From Nostoc sp. DedSLP01 (GTDB lineage: Bacteria > Cyanobacteriota > Cyanobacteriia > Cyanobacteriales > Nostocaceae), in the NCBI GenBank assembly GCA_034530875.2, contig JAVRCJ020000010.1:32001-96000 (forward strand): DNA of 64,000 nucleotides, written 5' to 3'. This document shows, in pieces, positions 32,779 to 43,852 of the stretch. The notes under the pieces were generated by a model, which worked only from the letters and a program-made list of their open reading frames with translations, was not told where the DNA came from and did not search any database. A program made the translations under genes and the position numbers. Numbering within the stretch: the first letter of the stretch is position 1; the number at the start of each line of letters is the position of its first letter.

Positions 32779-33287
32779 ACGATAAATCAAGGGTTTTAGC
32801 GTCTAATCCACATAATGCGTAGTTTTGAATTTTGTTAGCGCAGCGTTCGCGAGTCTACGAGCCTCATTTTGAATTTTGAATTGGTATGACGAAGTTCCAT
32901 CTTTTCAAGCGTGACATTCTTCACTGGCTCCTTGAGACAACATCAAGGGAGATATGTATTCGGGTAGAGTGATTTTGAGTAAACTAAATTAATAGCCTAT
33001 TTGTACCAAAAATGTAATACACATATTACTCGTACCACTAGTCAATAGCCAAAGATTACGATTAATTTGAAAAATAGTAATCTGAAATGCCTGTAATATC
33101 ATTAATCTGGACGTTACTAGACTTAGTATCGACCTCTGTTTATTTCTGAATGATTGATAACTAACTAAGTAGGTAGACATAATTAAATGTAAAATGCCAA
33201 TCTTTAAAATCCTCTGGTCAACTGGTTTTTACCTTCTGGCTTCTGCCTCCTGCCTTCTACTTATTAATAACTCTTGACTAAGAACTG

Positions 33288-34007
33288 ATGAACCTAGTTT
33301 ATCCACGCCGTCAACGCCAACTCGAAAGCTTAGTCAAAAAGTTTGGTTTGCCAGCACAGGCACCAATCAAATGGCAACTATTAGACTTAGCGCTAACTCA
33401 TCCCACTGTTTCTGAATCGGCAAATTATGAGCAGTTGGAGTTTGTTGGCGACGCAGTGGTAAGGCTGGTGTCAGCTGTTGTGTTATGGGAAAATTACCCA
33501 GATTGCCCAGTAGGGGATTTTGCGGCAATTCGTTCGGTTTTGGTGAGCGATCGCATTCTCGCCCAATTAGCCAGAGAATATGGTTTAGAGCTATATTTAC
33601 TAGTTGCTGGTAGTGCTACAGCTGATAAAGTTGGTCAAGAGTCACGACTAGCAGATGCTTTTGAAGCAGTTCTGGGTGCGCTTTACCTAAGTACTCAGAA
33701 TCTAGAATTAATTCGTCCTTGGCTAGATCCCCACTTTCAACAACTAGCAACAGAAATTCGCCTCGATCCAGCAAGACTTAATTATAAAGCTGCTCTACAA
33801 GAATGGACGCAGGCACAATTCAAAATTTTACCAGAGTATCGCGTTGTGGAAGTTAATCAACCGCACCGCAATCAAGAACGTTTCGTTGCTGAAGTCTGGT
33901 TACACGGAAATATGCTCGGACAAGGTAAGGGACGCTCAATCAAAACTGCCGAACAAGCAGCAGCTAAAGTAGCTTTTTTAGCAATCGCAAATCAGGAAAA
34001 ACCCTGA
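33288..34007 (+). CDS. rnc: Ribonuclease III
   Basis: ALTH, YEQLEFVGDAV signature, ADAFEA, dsRBD YKAALQE...K-AEQAAA. Confidence 0.95.
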   Translation: MNLVYPRRQRQLESLVKKFGLPAQAPIKWQLLDLALTHPTVSESANYEQLEFVGDAVVRLVSAVVLWENYPDCPVGDFAAIRSVLVSDRILAQLAREYGLELYLLVAGSATADKVGQESRLADAFEAVLGALYLSTQNLELIRPWLDPHFQQLATEIRLDPARLNYKAALQEWTQAQFKILPEYRVVEVNQPHRNQERFVAEVWLHGNMLGQGKGRSIKTAEQAAAKVAFLAIANQEKP

Positions 34008-34184
34008 ACTCAAAGGATTGTAATTAAATTAATAATTCAGTTGATTGTCATTAGTCATTAGTCATTAGTTATTTGTTATTAGTTATTAGCCTTTTGTGAG
34101 GTTATCTAAAACTAATTGCCAATACTCAATGCCCACTGACCAATGACCAATGACCAATGACCAATGACTAATAACTAATAAAAA

Positions 34185-35288
34185 ATGACAAACCAAATTA
34201 AAATCGCTGTGGTCGGAGTTGGGCGCTGGGGAGTGCATTTACTGCGGAACTTTTTAGCACACCCACAGGTAAGTGTTATTGCTGTAGTAGACCCCCATCC
34301 AGAACGACTAGCGGCGGTAAAACAGCAGTTTAATTTAGAGAGTAATGTCGTATTAACAACTCAGTGGCAAGATTTAAAGCAAGTGCCTGGGCTGACAGCA
34401 GTAGCGATCGCCACTCCCGCTACTACGCATTATGCTTTAATCAAAGACGCTCTCCAAGAGGGTTACCATGTTTTGGCGGAAAAACCTCTAACTCTTAACC
34501 CCGCAGAATGCCGGGAACTTTGCCAGCTAGCAGAGCAGCATCAGTTAATACTGATGGTTGACCACACTTATTTATTTCACCCAGCAGTTGAGCGCGGACA
34601 AGCTGTAGTTCAAGACGGCAAATTAGGGGATCTCCGCTACGGCTATGCCACCCGTACCCATCTAGGCCCCGTGCGGCAAGATGTTGATGCGCTGTGGGAC
34701 TTAGCCATTCACGATATTGCTATTTTTAATACATGGCTGGGTCAATTCCCTGTAAAAGTACAGGCAACAGGTACGGTGTGGCTACAAGGGGAGGGAAGTA
34801 GGGAATGGGGAGTAGGGAATAGGGGAATTAACGATTCCCTACTCCCCACTCCCAACTCCCCATCTCAAGGTTTGGCTGACCTAGTATGGCTAACACTGAC
34901 ATACCCAAATAACTTTCAAGCTTATATTCACTTGTGTTGGCTGAATCCCGATAAGCAACGACGGTTGGGAATTGTAGGCAGCCTTGGCAGCTTAATTTTT
35001 GATGAAATGTCGCGATCGTCACCTTTAACCCTACTGCATGGGGAGTTTGAACGGCAGGGCAATCAATTTATTCCTGTAAATCAAAGTCAGGTGATGCTGG
35101 AATTAGAGCCAAGAGAACCATTGCAGCAAGTTTGCGATCGCTTTGTTGTCTCTATCCTTAACAATACTCCCTCAGAAGTTTCCTCTGGCTGGGTCGGCAC
35201 ACAGTTAGTAGAAATTCTTACTGCTCTGACAGTATCTCTTCAAGAAGGCGGCAAACCTATTTTTCTCAATCGAGAATTAAAATCCTAA
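34185..35288 (+). CDS. Gfo/Idh/MocA-family oxidoreductase
   Basis: VVGVGRWG, HVLAEKP, WDLAIHD. Confidence 0.9.
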   Translation: MTNQIKIAVVGVGRWGVHLLRNFLAHPQVSVIAVVDPHPERLAAVKQQFNLESNVVLTTQWQDLKQVPGLTAVAIATPATTHYALIKDALQEGYHVLAEKPLTLNPAECRELCQLAEQHQLILMVDHTYLFHPAVERGQAVVQDGKLGDLRYGYATRTHLGPVRQDVDALWDLAIHDIAIFNTWLGQFPVKVQATGTVWLQGEGSREWGVGNRGINDSLLPTPNSPSQGLADLVWLTLTYPNNFQAYIHLCWLNPDKQRRLGIVGSLGSLIFDEMSRSSPLTLLHGEFERQGNQFIPVNQSQVMLELEPREPLQQVCDRFVVSILNNTPSEVSSGWVGTQLVEILTALTVSLQEGGKPIFLNRELKS

Positions 35289-35517
35289 CAAACGCAAGCA
35301 AATACAAAAATCAATATTAGCAGGAGTCAAATTCAAAGAAAGTGGGGAGCAGGGACAATATGCTTAAAAGCATAGGATTAAAGCAAGCAAGGATGCAGTA
35401 TTTCTTGCGCTGCACGGTCTCGAAATACATCTTCTTTTTTAGGGGGCTTATATCCCCCAACTAAAGTTACTTAGTTTCGCTACTCCCTACTCCCTCTTTT
35501 TGGTCACATTTAATTTA

Positions 35518-35590
35518 CAGCAGTTTGCAAATAAATGAAGTATACAACTGGAGAATTCAATATAGAAATTCTTCTTTTCCCTCCTGACTT
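35518..35590. mobile_element. Partial copy (one end) of the TA-flanked MITE
   Basis: TA-CAGCAGTTTGCAAATAAATGAAGTATACAACTGGAGAATTCAATATAGAAATTCTTCTT matches 25678-25745. Confidence 0.75.
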
Positions 35591-35920
35591 GAAAGAGCAG
35601 GGGGAGCAGGGGAGGCAGGGGGAGAAAGACACAGCTAAACCATCGAAAACTTTATGATTATCTTATCATTCTTGCTTTTTGGTGATTTTATTCCTTAGAA
35701 GTCCCTGCATTCATCATTTTGTTTTTTGCTATGGCTTTCCCAATGGTATTGCTAGTAGCTAACCTGGCTGCTTAATAATATTAAGAGCGAAAAATTTGAG
35801 TCTTTGATGTAGCAGACGTGAGCTATGCAAGCGTTAATGGGAATACTAGCAGAGTGTAGACGCACTCTGCACGGCTTTTTAAAGAGAAGCAAAAAGCAAC
35901 TTTTCTCAGAATATATATAA

Positions 35921-38900
35921 ATGGCTACTCAAAACCCCAGTCCAATTATTCCCGGATACCAAATTAGCTCTCAACTTTATGCAGGCTCCAGAACCAGAGT
36001 ATATCGAGCTATTCGAGAACAAGATAGACTCGCAGTGGTCATCAAACTTTTGACTTCAGCATATCCCAACTTCAACGAATTACTACAATTTCGCAACCAA
36101 TATACCATTAGCAAAAATCTCAACATTCCCGGAATCATTCATCCTTTATCATTAGAACCCTATGGTAATGGTTATATTTTGGTAATGGAAGATACGGGAG
36201 GAGTGGCTTTACAAGAATACATTCAAACCACTACTCTTTCTCTGGTAGAACTTTTAACAATCGCCATTCAATTAACTGATATTTTCCACGATTTACATCA
36301 CAACCGTGTTATCCATAAAGATATCAAACCTGCCAATATTCTGATTCATCCCCAAACAAAACAAGTCCAACTGATTGATTTTAGTATTGCCTCTCTCTTA
36401 CCTAAAGAAACCCAAGAAATTACAAATCCCAATGTCTTAGAAGGTACACTTACTTATATTTCTCCCGAACAAACCGGAAGAATGAACCGAGGCATAGACT
36501 ACCGTAGCGATTTTTATGCGCTGGGTGTGACATTTTATGAATTATTAACTGGAGAGTTACCATTTATCTCAGATGACCCAATGAAGTTGGTGCATTGTCA
36601 TATTGCACAACAACCGCCAAAGCTAGAAGGCAGGAGGGAAGAAATACCAACAGTCTTAGGCAAGATAATCAACAAGTTGATGGCGAAAAATGCCGAAGAT
36701 AGATATCAAAGTGCGTTGGGGTTAAAGCATGATTTAGCAACTTGTTTGGCGCAACTTCAAGATACAGGAGAAATTACAGATTTTGTCATTGGCAAGCGGG
36801 ATATTTGCGATCGCTTTTTAATTCCCGAAAAACTCTATGGACGAGAATCAGAAGTTGCTACCTTGTTACAAGCTTTTGAGCGTGTTGCCAATGGAACAGC
36901 AGAAATGATGCTGGTGGCGGGATTCTCTGGAATTGGTAAAACTGCCGTCGTCAATGAAGTCCACAAGCCCATTACGCGGCAGCAGGGGTACTTTATTAAA
37001 GGTAAATTCGATCAATTCAATCGCAATATTCCCTTCTCTGCGTTTGTGCAAGCTTTGCGCGATTTGATGGGGCAGTTGTTGTCAGAATCCGATGCACAAT
37101 TAGCCCAGTGGCGAAGCAAGATCCTCTCAGTTGTGGCAGACAATGGTCAAGTTATTATTGAGGTGATTCCAGAACTAGAGCGAGTAATTGGCAAACAACT
37201 GCCTGCGCCAGAACTGTCGGGAAATGCGGCACAGAATCGGTTTAACTTATTATTCCAAAAGTTTATTGCTGTATTTACCAAAGCAGAACACCCTTTAGTG
37301 ATGTTTTTGGATGACTTGCAGTGGGCAGATTTAGCTTCCCTGCAATTAATTAAACTGCTGATGGAGGATCGGCGTTATCTGCTGTTGTTAGGGGCTTATC
37401 GAGATAATGAAGTACAACCTGCCCACCCGTTTATCTTGACGGTGGAGGAACTAAAGAAAGCTGGCAAGACTGTCAATACAATTACCCTCGCTCCCCTGAC
37501 TTTGAGCGATACGAATCAGTTAGTTGCTGATACCTTGCATTGTACGGTTGAGCGAACGCTTCCTTTGACAGAATTAATCGATCGCAAAACTCAAGGTAAT
37601 CCCTTTTTTATCACCCAGTTTCTCAAAAGCTTACACGAAGACGGGCAGATTACATTTAATCGCCATCAAGGCTATTGGGAATGCGATATTGCTCAAATCA
37701 AGGCACTATCTCTTACCGATGATGTGGTGGAATTTCTTACCAATCAGTTGTATAAATTACCTAAGGAGACGCAAAATGTACTGAAGCTAGCCGCTTGCAT
37801 TGGCAACTGTTTTGATTTAAAAACCTTGGCAATCGTTTCACAGCAGTCTGCAACCAATGCTGCAACAGCTTTATGGAAAGCGTTGCAAGAGGGCTTAATT
37901 TTGCCAACCAGCCAGAGTTACAAGTTCTTTCAGGCAGACAGTAGCGAACTTGATTCCCAAACAACGGTTGACGATCGCTGTGTCAATTTAACTTATCGCT
38001 TCCTGCACGATCGCATCCAACAAGCTGCTTACAAGCTAATTGCGGAAGATGACAAACAAGCAACTCATCTGGCGATCGGTCAATTATTACACGCTAGTAC
38101 ACCTGAAACTGAACTAGAAGCAAATATCTTTGAAATTGTCAATCACCTGAATATAGGCATTGACTTACTCGTTCAGCCTGATCGAAAACTTGAGTTAGCC
38201 CAACTGAATTTAATTGCAGGGCGCAAAGCAAAAGCGGCGATCGCTTATAATGCTGCCGTCAACTACTTCACCCAAGGCATTGATTTACTACCTTCTAATA
38301 CCTGGACAGAACATTACAAATTAACCCTGAATCTGCATGACGAGCGTCTGGAAGCTGCCTGCTTGAATACAGACTTTGACAAGCTAGCAGTGTGGGGTGA
38401 CATTGTGTTGCAATCTGCTACTTCTTTACTGGACACCATCAAAGTCTATGAAACCCGAATGATGGCATTCCGGTCTCAAGGTCAATTTGCCAAAGTAGTT
38501 GAGACTGGGTTGCAAGTTTTGAAATTACTCGGCGTGGAATTTCCAGTACAGGTAAATATAGCAGATATTAGTGCAGCTGCCGAACAGACAAGGCAACTGT
38601 GGATGGGACGCGCACCCTTAACCTTGCTGGATTTAGCTATAATGAGCGATCCGCATCAACTGGCAGCCATGCAAATCCTGACAAAACTAGTGCCTTCTGC
38701 ACATATTGCAGCTCCTCTACTTTTACCACTACTTATCTTCAAGCAAGTGGAGGTGTCTATTCAGTATGGAAATTCACCTATTGCCATTTTTTCATACGCA
38801 GACTACGGATTGATTCTCTGTGGTGTTATAGAAGATATTGATGCTGGGTATGAGTTTGGACAACTTTCATTAAAATTACTAGAACAACAGCAGATTAACG

Positions 38901-41900
38901 CTTTTAAAAGCAGGGCTTACTTTATTGTCAACAGCTTTATTCGGCACTGGAAAGAACCATTAAATCGCAGTATCCCATGTTTGCTAGAAGCGTATCACAG
39001 CGGCTTAGAAAGTGGAGATTGGGAATCCGTAGCGTTGAGCTTAGTGGCATATAGTCAGTATAGTTATTGGAGTGGTCGAGAATTAAATGATTTGGCTGAG
39101 GAAATGGAGACTTATCAGCAAGTCATCAGTCAAGTCAAACAAGAAGCAACGTTAAAATATCTAGAGTGTTACCAGCAAGCGATTCTCAATTTATTAGGAC
39201 AAGCGGAAGTTCCTTATTATTTACAGGGCAAAGTCTTCGATGCCGCCGAAATCTTGCCCAGCTTGCAATCTGCCAGCAATCGCACGGGGTTATTTTATCT
39301 TCATCTCAATCAACTTGTTCTGTGTTATTTGTTCGGAGAATACGAAGTAGCCTCACAACAAGCAGCCTTAGCACAGCAGTATAGTGATGCTGTGATTGCC
39401 TATTTCATGGTAGTTGTCCGGGTTTTTTATGATGCTTTAATTCATCTAGCACGCTACACCGATGCTAACGCCCAAGAAAAATCAGTTATTTTAGAGCAAA
39501 TCAATGCCCATCAAGAAAAACTACAAACTTGGGCTACTTATGCTCCATTCAATCATCAACATCGCTGTTCGCTTGTGGCAGCAGAACGCTATCGAGTACT
39601 TGGTCAATTTGCTGAGGCGATGGAACATTACGATTTAGCTATTGCCCAAGCCAAAACGCATGGTTACGTGCAAGAAGAAGCACTCAGCAATGAACTGGCT
39701 GCTAAATTTTACCTCAGTTGGGGCAAACAGAAGGTGGCCGTAAGCTATATGCAGGAAGCATACTACTGTTACGCTCGTTGGGGCGCGAAAGCCAAAACCG
39801 ACGATCTAGAAAACCGCTACCCCAATTTACTGCACCTGATTCTTCAGCAGGGAGTACAACCTCTGAATCTACTGGAAACACTATCACAGAATGCTACTCA
39901 ACTTTCGGTTTATAGCTCCGCTGATTTGAGCCGTGACTCTAGCATCAGCATTAATACTCTCGATTTTGCTGCTATCCTCAAAGCCTCTCAAAGCCTCTCT
40001 GGCACGATTCAATTGGATGAACTGTTGCACCAACTGACTCAGATTATTCTGCAACATTCTGGGGGCGATCGCTGTGCCTTAATCCTACCTAATAATCAAG
40101 GAGAATGGGAGGTGAGAGCCATTGCCACACCCGAAACTACAAAACTGTATTCCCAACCCCTAGAAAACAATCCCGATTTACCTCTCAAGTTGATACAGTA
40201 CGTCAAAAACACCCAAGAAGTTGTGGTGATTGACGAGCTAAAAACCAATTTACCTGTAATTGATGAATATTTACGTCAACGACAACCAAAAAGTTTGCTG
40301 TGCTTGCCGATTCTCAATCAAGGGCATTTAATTGGGATTTTGTATTTGAAGAATAGCTCCACCAGTGCAGTGTTTACGAGTAATCGCATCCTCATTCTCA
40401 ACTTTCTTTGTACCCAAGCGGCGATTTCTCTGGAAAATGCCCGTCTGTATCAAAATTCACAAATTTATGCTCAACAATTAGAAGAATCTCTAGAAAAGCT
40501 ACGGCTCAGTGAAGCCCGCTTTCAAAAACTAGCAGATAATGTTCCTGGTTTGATTTATCAAATTCGGATTAAAGCCGATGGTTCATCTTCAGTACCCTAC
40601 GTCAGTTCTGGGTGTCAAACTCTTTACGAAGTAGCACCAGAAGATGTGAAGTTAGGGAAATACAGTCTGCGTGATTTTGAACATCCCGAAGATAAAGCAG
40701 AGGCTTTTCGGGCAACTATCGAGTCAGCCAAAAATCTTACCCCATTTCGACATGAGTGGCGTATTGTTACGCCCAATGGGAATATCAAATGGGTAAAAGC
40801 CGCTGCCCAGCCAGAACTCAGGGAGGATGGTGAAATGGTATGGGATGGAATGCTAATTGATATTAGCGATCGCAAACGTGCTGAACAAGAGCAGCAGAGA
40901 CTTTTGGAGATTTTGGCTGCTACCCCAGATATTATCGGCATTGCAGATACTAATGGTAATAGTCTCTACATTAATCCAGCTGGACAGAGATTTTGGCAGA
41001 TGGAAGATAGTACGGCTGAATTTCACATTTCTACTGTCACCCCACCTACAGCAATGGAATATCTGCAATCCGTCGCTATTCCCACCGCTATCCGCCAAGG
41101 AACTTGGAGTGGTGAGTCAGCCATTTTCGACTCCCAAGGCAATGAAATTCCTGTTTCTCAGGTAATCATTGCTCAAAAAAATGCCGTTGACGAAATTGAA
41201 TATCTGGCAACCATTATTCGAGATATTAGCGATCGCAAACAAGCTGAAACTGCAATTGAGCAAAAATCCCAGGAACTTAAAAAAGCTCTACAAGAACTAC
41301 AACAAGCCCAACTACAAATGGTGCAAAATGAAAAAATGTCTGCACTAGGTAACTTAGTTGCTGGGGTAGCCCATGAAATGAACAATCCGCTTGGCTTTAT
41401 CTCTGCAAGTCTTCTACAAGCTAAACCCACTGTGGCTGATATCACCGAACACCTGAAACTATATCAAAAAACTCTACCCAATCCCCAAGAGGAAATCAAA
41501 GACCATGCCCAAGAAATTGACTTGGATTATAGCTTAGAAGACTTGCCGAAGATAATCGATGCAATGGTAATAGCTTGTGAAAGATTGAAAAATATTAGCA
41601 CCAGCTTAAGAACCTTCTCCCGTGCAGATAAAGATTATAAAGTGCCATTTAACATCAATGAAGGTATTGACAGTACAATTTTAATTCTCAAACATCGCCT
41701 CAAAGCTAACGAACGACGTCCAGAAATTGAAGTGGTCACTGAGTACGCTAATTTCTCACCAATTCCATGTTTTCCTGGACAACTAAATCAGGTATTTATG
41801 AATATCCTGGCTAATGCTATTGATGCTTTGGATGAGTCAAATGCCGAGCGTAGTTTTAAGGAAATTCAAGCAAATCCTCACAAAATTATTATTAAAACTT

Positions 41901-42157
41901 CAATTGAAAATCACAACGTAAAAATATCAATTGCTGATAATGGCAAAGGAATGAGTGAAGATGTAAAAACACAGATATTCGACGATTTATTTACCACGAA
42001 ACCAGTTGGTAAAGGTACAGGATTAGGACTAGCTATTGCTCGGCAAATTGTGGAAGAAAAGCATGGTGGAAGAATTGAAGTTAATTCTGCTTTAGGATCG
42101 GGAACGGAATTTATAATTTCCATTCCAGTTACAGATGAATTTACTAAAATTCATTAG
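35921..42157 (+). CDS. Hybrid Ser/Thr kinase - AAA ATPase - GAF - 2xPAS - histidine kinase (HstK type)
   Basis: HKDIKPAN, SPEQTGRMNR; GFSGIGKT, DDLQWAD; GAF (QAAISLENARLY); two PAS/PAC (DISDRK); AHEMNNP, DNG-G, GTGLGL. Confidence 0.93.
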   Translation: MATQNPSPIIPGYQISSQLYAGSRTRVYRAIREQDRLAVVIKLLTSAYPNFNELLQFRNQYTISKNLNIPGIIHPLSLEPYGNGYILVMEDTGGVALQEYIQTTTLSLVELLTIAIQLTDIFHDLHHNRVIHKDIKPANILIHPQTKQVQLIDFSIASLLPKETQEITNPNVLEGTLTYISPEQTGRMNRGIDYRSDFYALGVTFYELLTGELPFISDDPMKLVHCHIAQQPPKLEGRREEIPTVLGKIINKLMAKNAEDRYQSALGLKHDLATCLAQLQDTGEITDFVIGKRDICDRFLIPEKLYGRESEVATLLQAFERVANGTAEMMLVAGFSGIGKTAVVNEVHKPITRQQGYFIKGKFDQFNRNIPFSAFVQALRDLMGQLLSESDAQLAQWRSKILSVVADNGQVIIEVIPELERVIGKQLPAPELSGNAAQNRFNLLFQKFIAVFTKAEHPLVMFLDDLQWADLASLQLIKLLMEDRRYLLLLGAYRDNEVQPAHPFILTVEELKKAGKTVNTITLAPLTLSDTNQLVADTLHCTVERTLPLTELIDRKTQGNPFFITQFLKSLHEDGQITFNRHQGYWECDIAQIKALSLTDDVVEFLTNQLYKLPKETQNVLKLAACIGNCFDLKTLAIVSQQSATNAATALWKALQEGLILPTSQSYKFFQADSSELDSQTTVDDRCVNLTYRFLHDRIQQAAYKLIAEDDKQATHLAIGQLLHASTPETELEANIFEIVNHLNIGIDLLVQPDRKLELAQLNLIAGRKAKAAIAYNAAVNYFTQGIDLLPSNTWTEHYKLTLNLHDERLEAACLNTDFDKLAVWGDIVLQSATSLLDTIKVYETRMMAFRSQGQFAKVVETGLQVLKLLGVEFPVQVNIADISAAAEQTRQLWMGRAPLTLLDLAIMSDPHQLAAMQILTKLVPSAHIAAPLLLPLLIFKQVEVSIQYGNSPIAIFSYADYGLILCGVIEDIDAGYEFGQLSLKLLEQQQINAFKSRAYFIVNSFIRHWKEPLNRSIPCLLEAYHSGLESGDWESVALSLVAYSQYSYWSGRELNDLAEEMETYQQVISQVKQEATLKYLECYQQAILNLLGQAEVPYYLQGKVFDAAEILPSLQSASNRTGLFYLHLNQLVLCYLFGEYEVASQQAALAQQYSDAVIAYFMVVVRVFYDALIHLARYTDANAQEKSVILEQINAHQEKLQTWATYAPFNHQHRCSLVAAERYRVLGQFAEAMEHYDLAIAQAKTHGYVQEEALSNELAAKFYLSWGKQKVAVSYMQEAYYCYARWGAKAKTDDLENRYPNLLHLILQQGVQPLNLLETLSQNATQLSVYSSADLSRDSSISINTLDFAAILKASQSLSGTIQLDELLHQLTQIILQHSGGDRCALILPNNQGEWEVRAIATPETTKLYSQPLENNPDLPLKLIQYVKNTQEVVVIDELKTNLPVIDEYLRQRQPKSLLCLPILNQGHLIGILYLKNSSTSAVFTSNRILILNFLCTQAAISLENARLYQNSQIYAQQLEESLEKLRLSEARFQKLADNVPGLIYQIRIKADGSSSVPYVSSGCQTLYEVAPEDVKLGKYSLRDFEHPEDKAEAFRATIESAKNLTPFRHEWRIVTPNGNIKWVKAAAQPELREDGEMVWDGMLIDISDRKRAEQEQQRLLEILAATPDIIGIADTNGNSLYINPAGQRFWQMEDSTAEFHISTVTPPTAMEYLQSVAIPTAIRQGTWSGESAIFDSQGNEIPVSQVIIAQKNAVDEIEYLATIIRDISDRKQAETAIEQKSQELKKALQELQQAQLQMVQNEKMSALGNLVAGVAHEMNNPLGFISASLLQAKPTVADITEHLKLYQKTLPNPQEEIKDHAQEIDLDYSLEDLPKIIDAMVIACERLKNISTSLRTFSRADKDYKVPFNINEGIDSTILILKHRLKANERRPEIEVVTEYANFSPIPCFPGQLNQVFMNILANAIDALDESNAERSFKEIQANPHKIIIKTSIENHNVKISIADNGKGMSEDVKTQIFDDLFTTKPVGKGTGLGLAIARQIVEEKHGGRIEVNSALGSGTEFIISIPVTDEFTKIH

Positions 42158-42527
42158 CGAAACAATTTTCATAAATAAATTTAGGGGCTTGTGACCCGGA
42201 CGCAGGGCAAAATATAGTTTCTCCCTTCTAGCTTGCAAATCCTTCTTCGATGAGTATCTATATAGGTCAGCTTCACATTGCATTTTCATGCAAGGCTTGT
42301 GAAACTTGTGTCATCCCGACTGCCTTCTGCCTTTCTTCGGCCATCAGCCTAAGAGGCCTACCCTTCAGATGGAGTGGCTTTTTTCTCAAAGAGCTTAACC
42401 CGAACTCAGGTTACGTATCACAAAAAAAACTCATAATTTATAGAAAAAATTAGTTCTAGATTCTGGAATTGGAATTTGATTGTGCGTATCTACCCTATGA
42501 ACAAAATCAATTCCATCACTTACTTAT

Positions 42528-42797
42528 ATGAAATCTTCCACCCCAGAATTAATTCGAGCTATAACGCCAATGTTTATAGCGACTATTGGAGCAGTCATTG
42601 CTGTTGCTGTTATATTCTCGCCAAATGCAAAAGACCAATCCCAAATGTCTGCTGGGTTTGGACTTGCAGGAACAGCAATAGCTGGTGCTGCTGGTCTTGC
42701 TCAAAGCAGCAAAAATGAGCCTGACTTTTCAGTGAGCAAGCAGGGAGAAAATTTGAAAGTTGAAACCCCAAACTCTGAGTCAGCGGATGAAAGGTAA
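42528..42797 (+). CDS. Small two-transmembrane hypothetical protein
   Basis: 89 aa; hydrophobic MFIATIGAVIAVAVIF and Gly/Ala-rich AGFGLAGTAIAGAAGLA. Confidence 0.65.
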   Translation: MKSSTPELIRAITPMFIATIGAVIAVAVIFSPNAKDQSQMSAGFGLAGTAIAGAAGLAQSSKNEPDFSVSKQGENLKVETPNSESADER

Positions 42798-42984
42798 GTT
42801 TCTCTAATAGAATCTGGCAGTAATTGTATTTATCTTTTGAGCCATTTCTTCTAATAATAAATGGCTCAAAAAATTGATTACATTTGAGCAAATTTTAGTA
42901 AAAACATTATTGATAAAGCACCTTATTGAGGTGTGATAATAATCGTTTGTCTCAACAATCTTAGCAAATCGATATCAAATCAAT

Positions 42985-43437
42985 ATGACTACTACTCAAG
43001 AACAAGCCACAACTTCTTGTTATGAGAGATTAGAACCTTCTCAACCTATAGAGAAGCCAGACTCATCCAGTAAAGTTAATAAATGGAATCAGAAATGGAT
43101 CTTGAGCAATATCGTTGATAGGAGGCAAGAACATTTCATCTTAGATGATATGAAATTGACAATAATCAAGTCTAATAATCAGTTTCAAGCCACCTTATCT
43201 TATTACATAACTTCCAAAGGTTGGAGAACAGGAACAACTGAAATGCCAGGAATCCGGATAGGCTTAAATAGCAATAAAGGAATGTTTTTGGCCAACTGGT
43301 CTATTGATAATATTCAGGTAAGTTGTGGAGAAACTCATCAGTATCGAGAACATAAGACAACTTTCAATGCTTATGTTTTTGAAAATATTTTTAAAGCTGA
43401 AAGAGATATTAATAATGGTCGCGTTTATAAATGTTAG
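42985..43437 (+). CDS. Hypothetical protein
   Basis: 150-aa ATG-initiated ORF in AT-rich DNA; no recognised motif. Confidence 0.6.
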   Translation: MTTTQEQATTSCYERLEPSQPIEKPDSSSKVNKWNQKWILSNIVDRRQEHFILDDMKLTIIKSNNQFQATLSYYITSKGWRTGTTEMPGIRIGLNSNKGMFLANWSIDNIQVSCGETHQYREHKTTFNAYVFENIFKAERDINNGRVYKC

Positions 43438-43474
43438 GAATTTTATCAAAAACTCTCTTGATGCTAGCAATATA

Positions 43475-43720
43475 GAGCAGTTTTGATTTGCATGAGTTAC
43501 AGAGTTAATAGTTTTAAGGCAGGATAGCGCAGCGTAAAGCCTTCTCTACGAGAGGCTTTGCCAACGGCATGGCTTCTCTACGAGACGCTACGCGTAGCTT
43601 GCTTCCCCGTAGGGGTACGCTTAGAGCGAGTCCACGAGCGTCGGCAGAGGGCAGAAGGAAAAAGAAGAATTTCTATATTGAATTCTCCATCTGTCTACCT
43701 CATTTATTTGCAAACTGCTG
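43475..43720. mobile_element. TA-flanked MITE, copy 3 (inverted), carrying nested small repeats
   Basis: TA-GAGCAGTTTTGATTTGCATGAGTTACA...ACCTCATTTATTTGCAAACTGCTG-TA; extra GC-rich block at 43525-43642. Confidence 0.8.
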
Positions 43721-43852
43721 TATGTATAAAACCAGAAAGTATACCCCCAACTAAAAATTCAGTTAACTTTCGGAAAACCAGGAAAGATAATTTCAAATTC
43801 ACCTAAACTTAACTCTAATATTTCAAGTACAAATAACAGAAGGAATTTTGGC

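Noticed and set aside
43558..43806. 82-aa and 61-aa ORFs upstream of GTPase A
   Set aside because: They lie within the nested MITE
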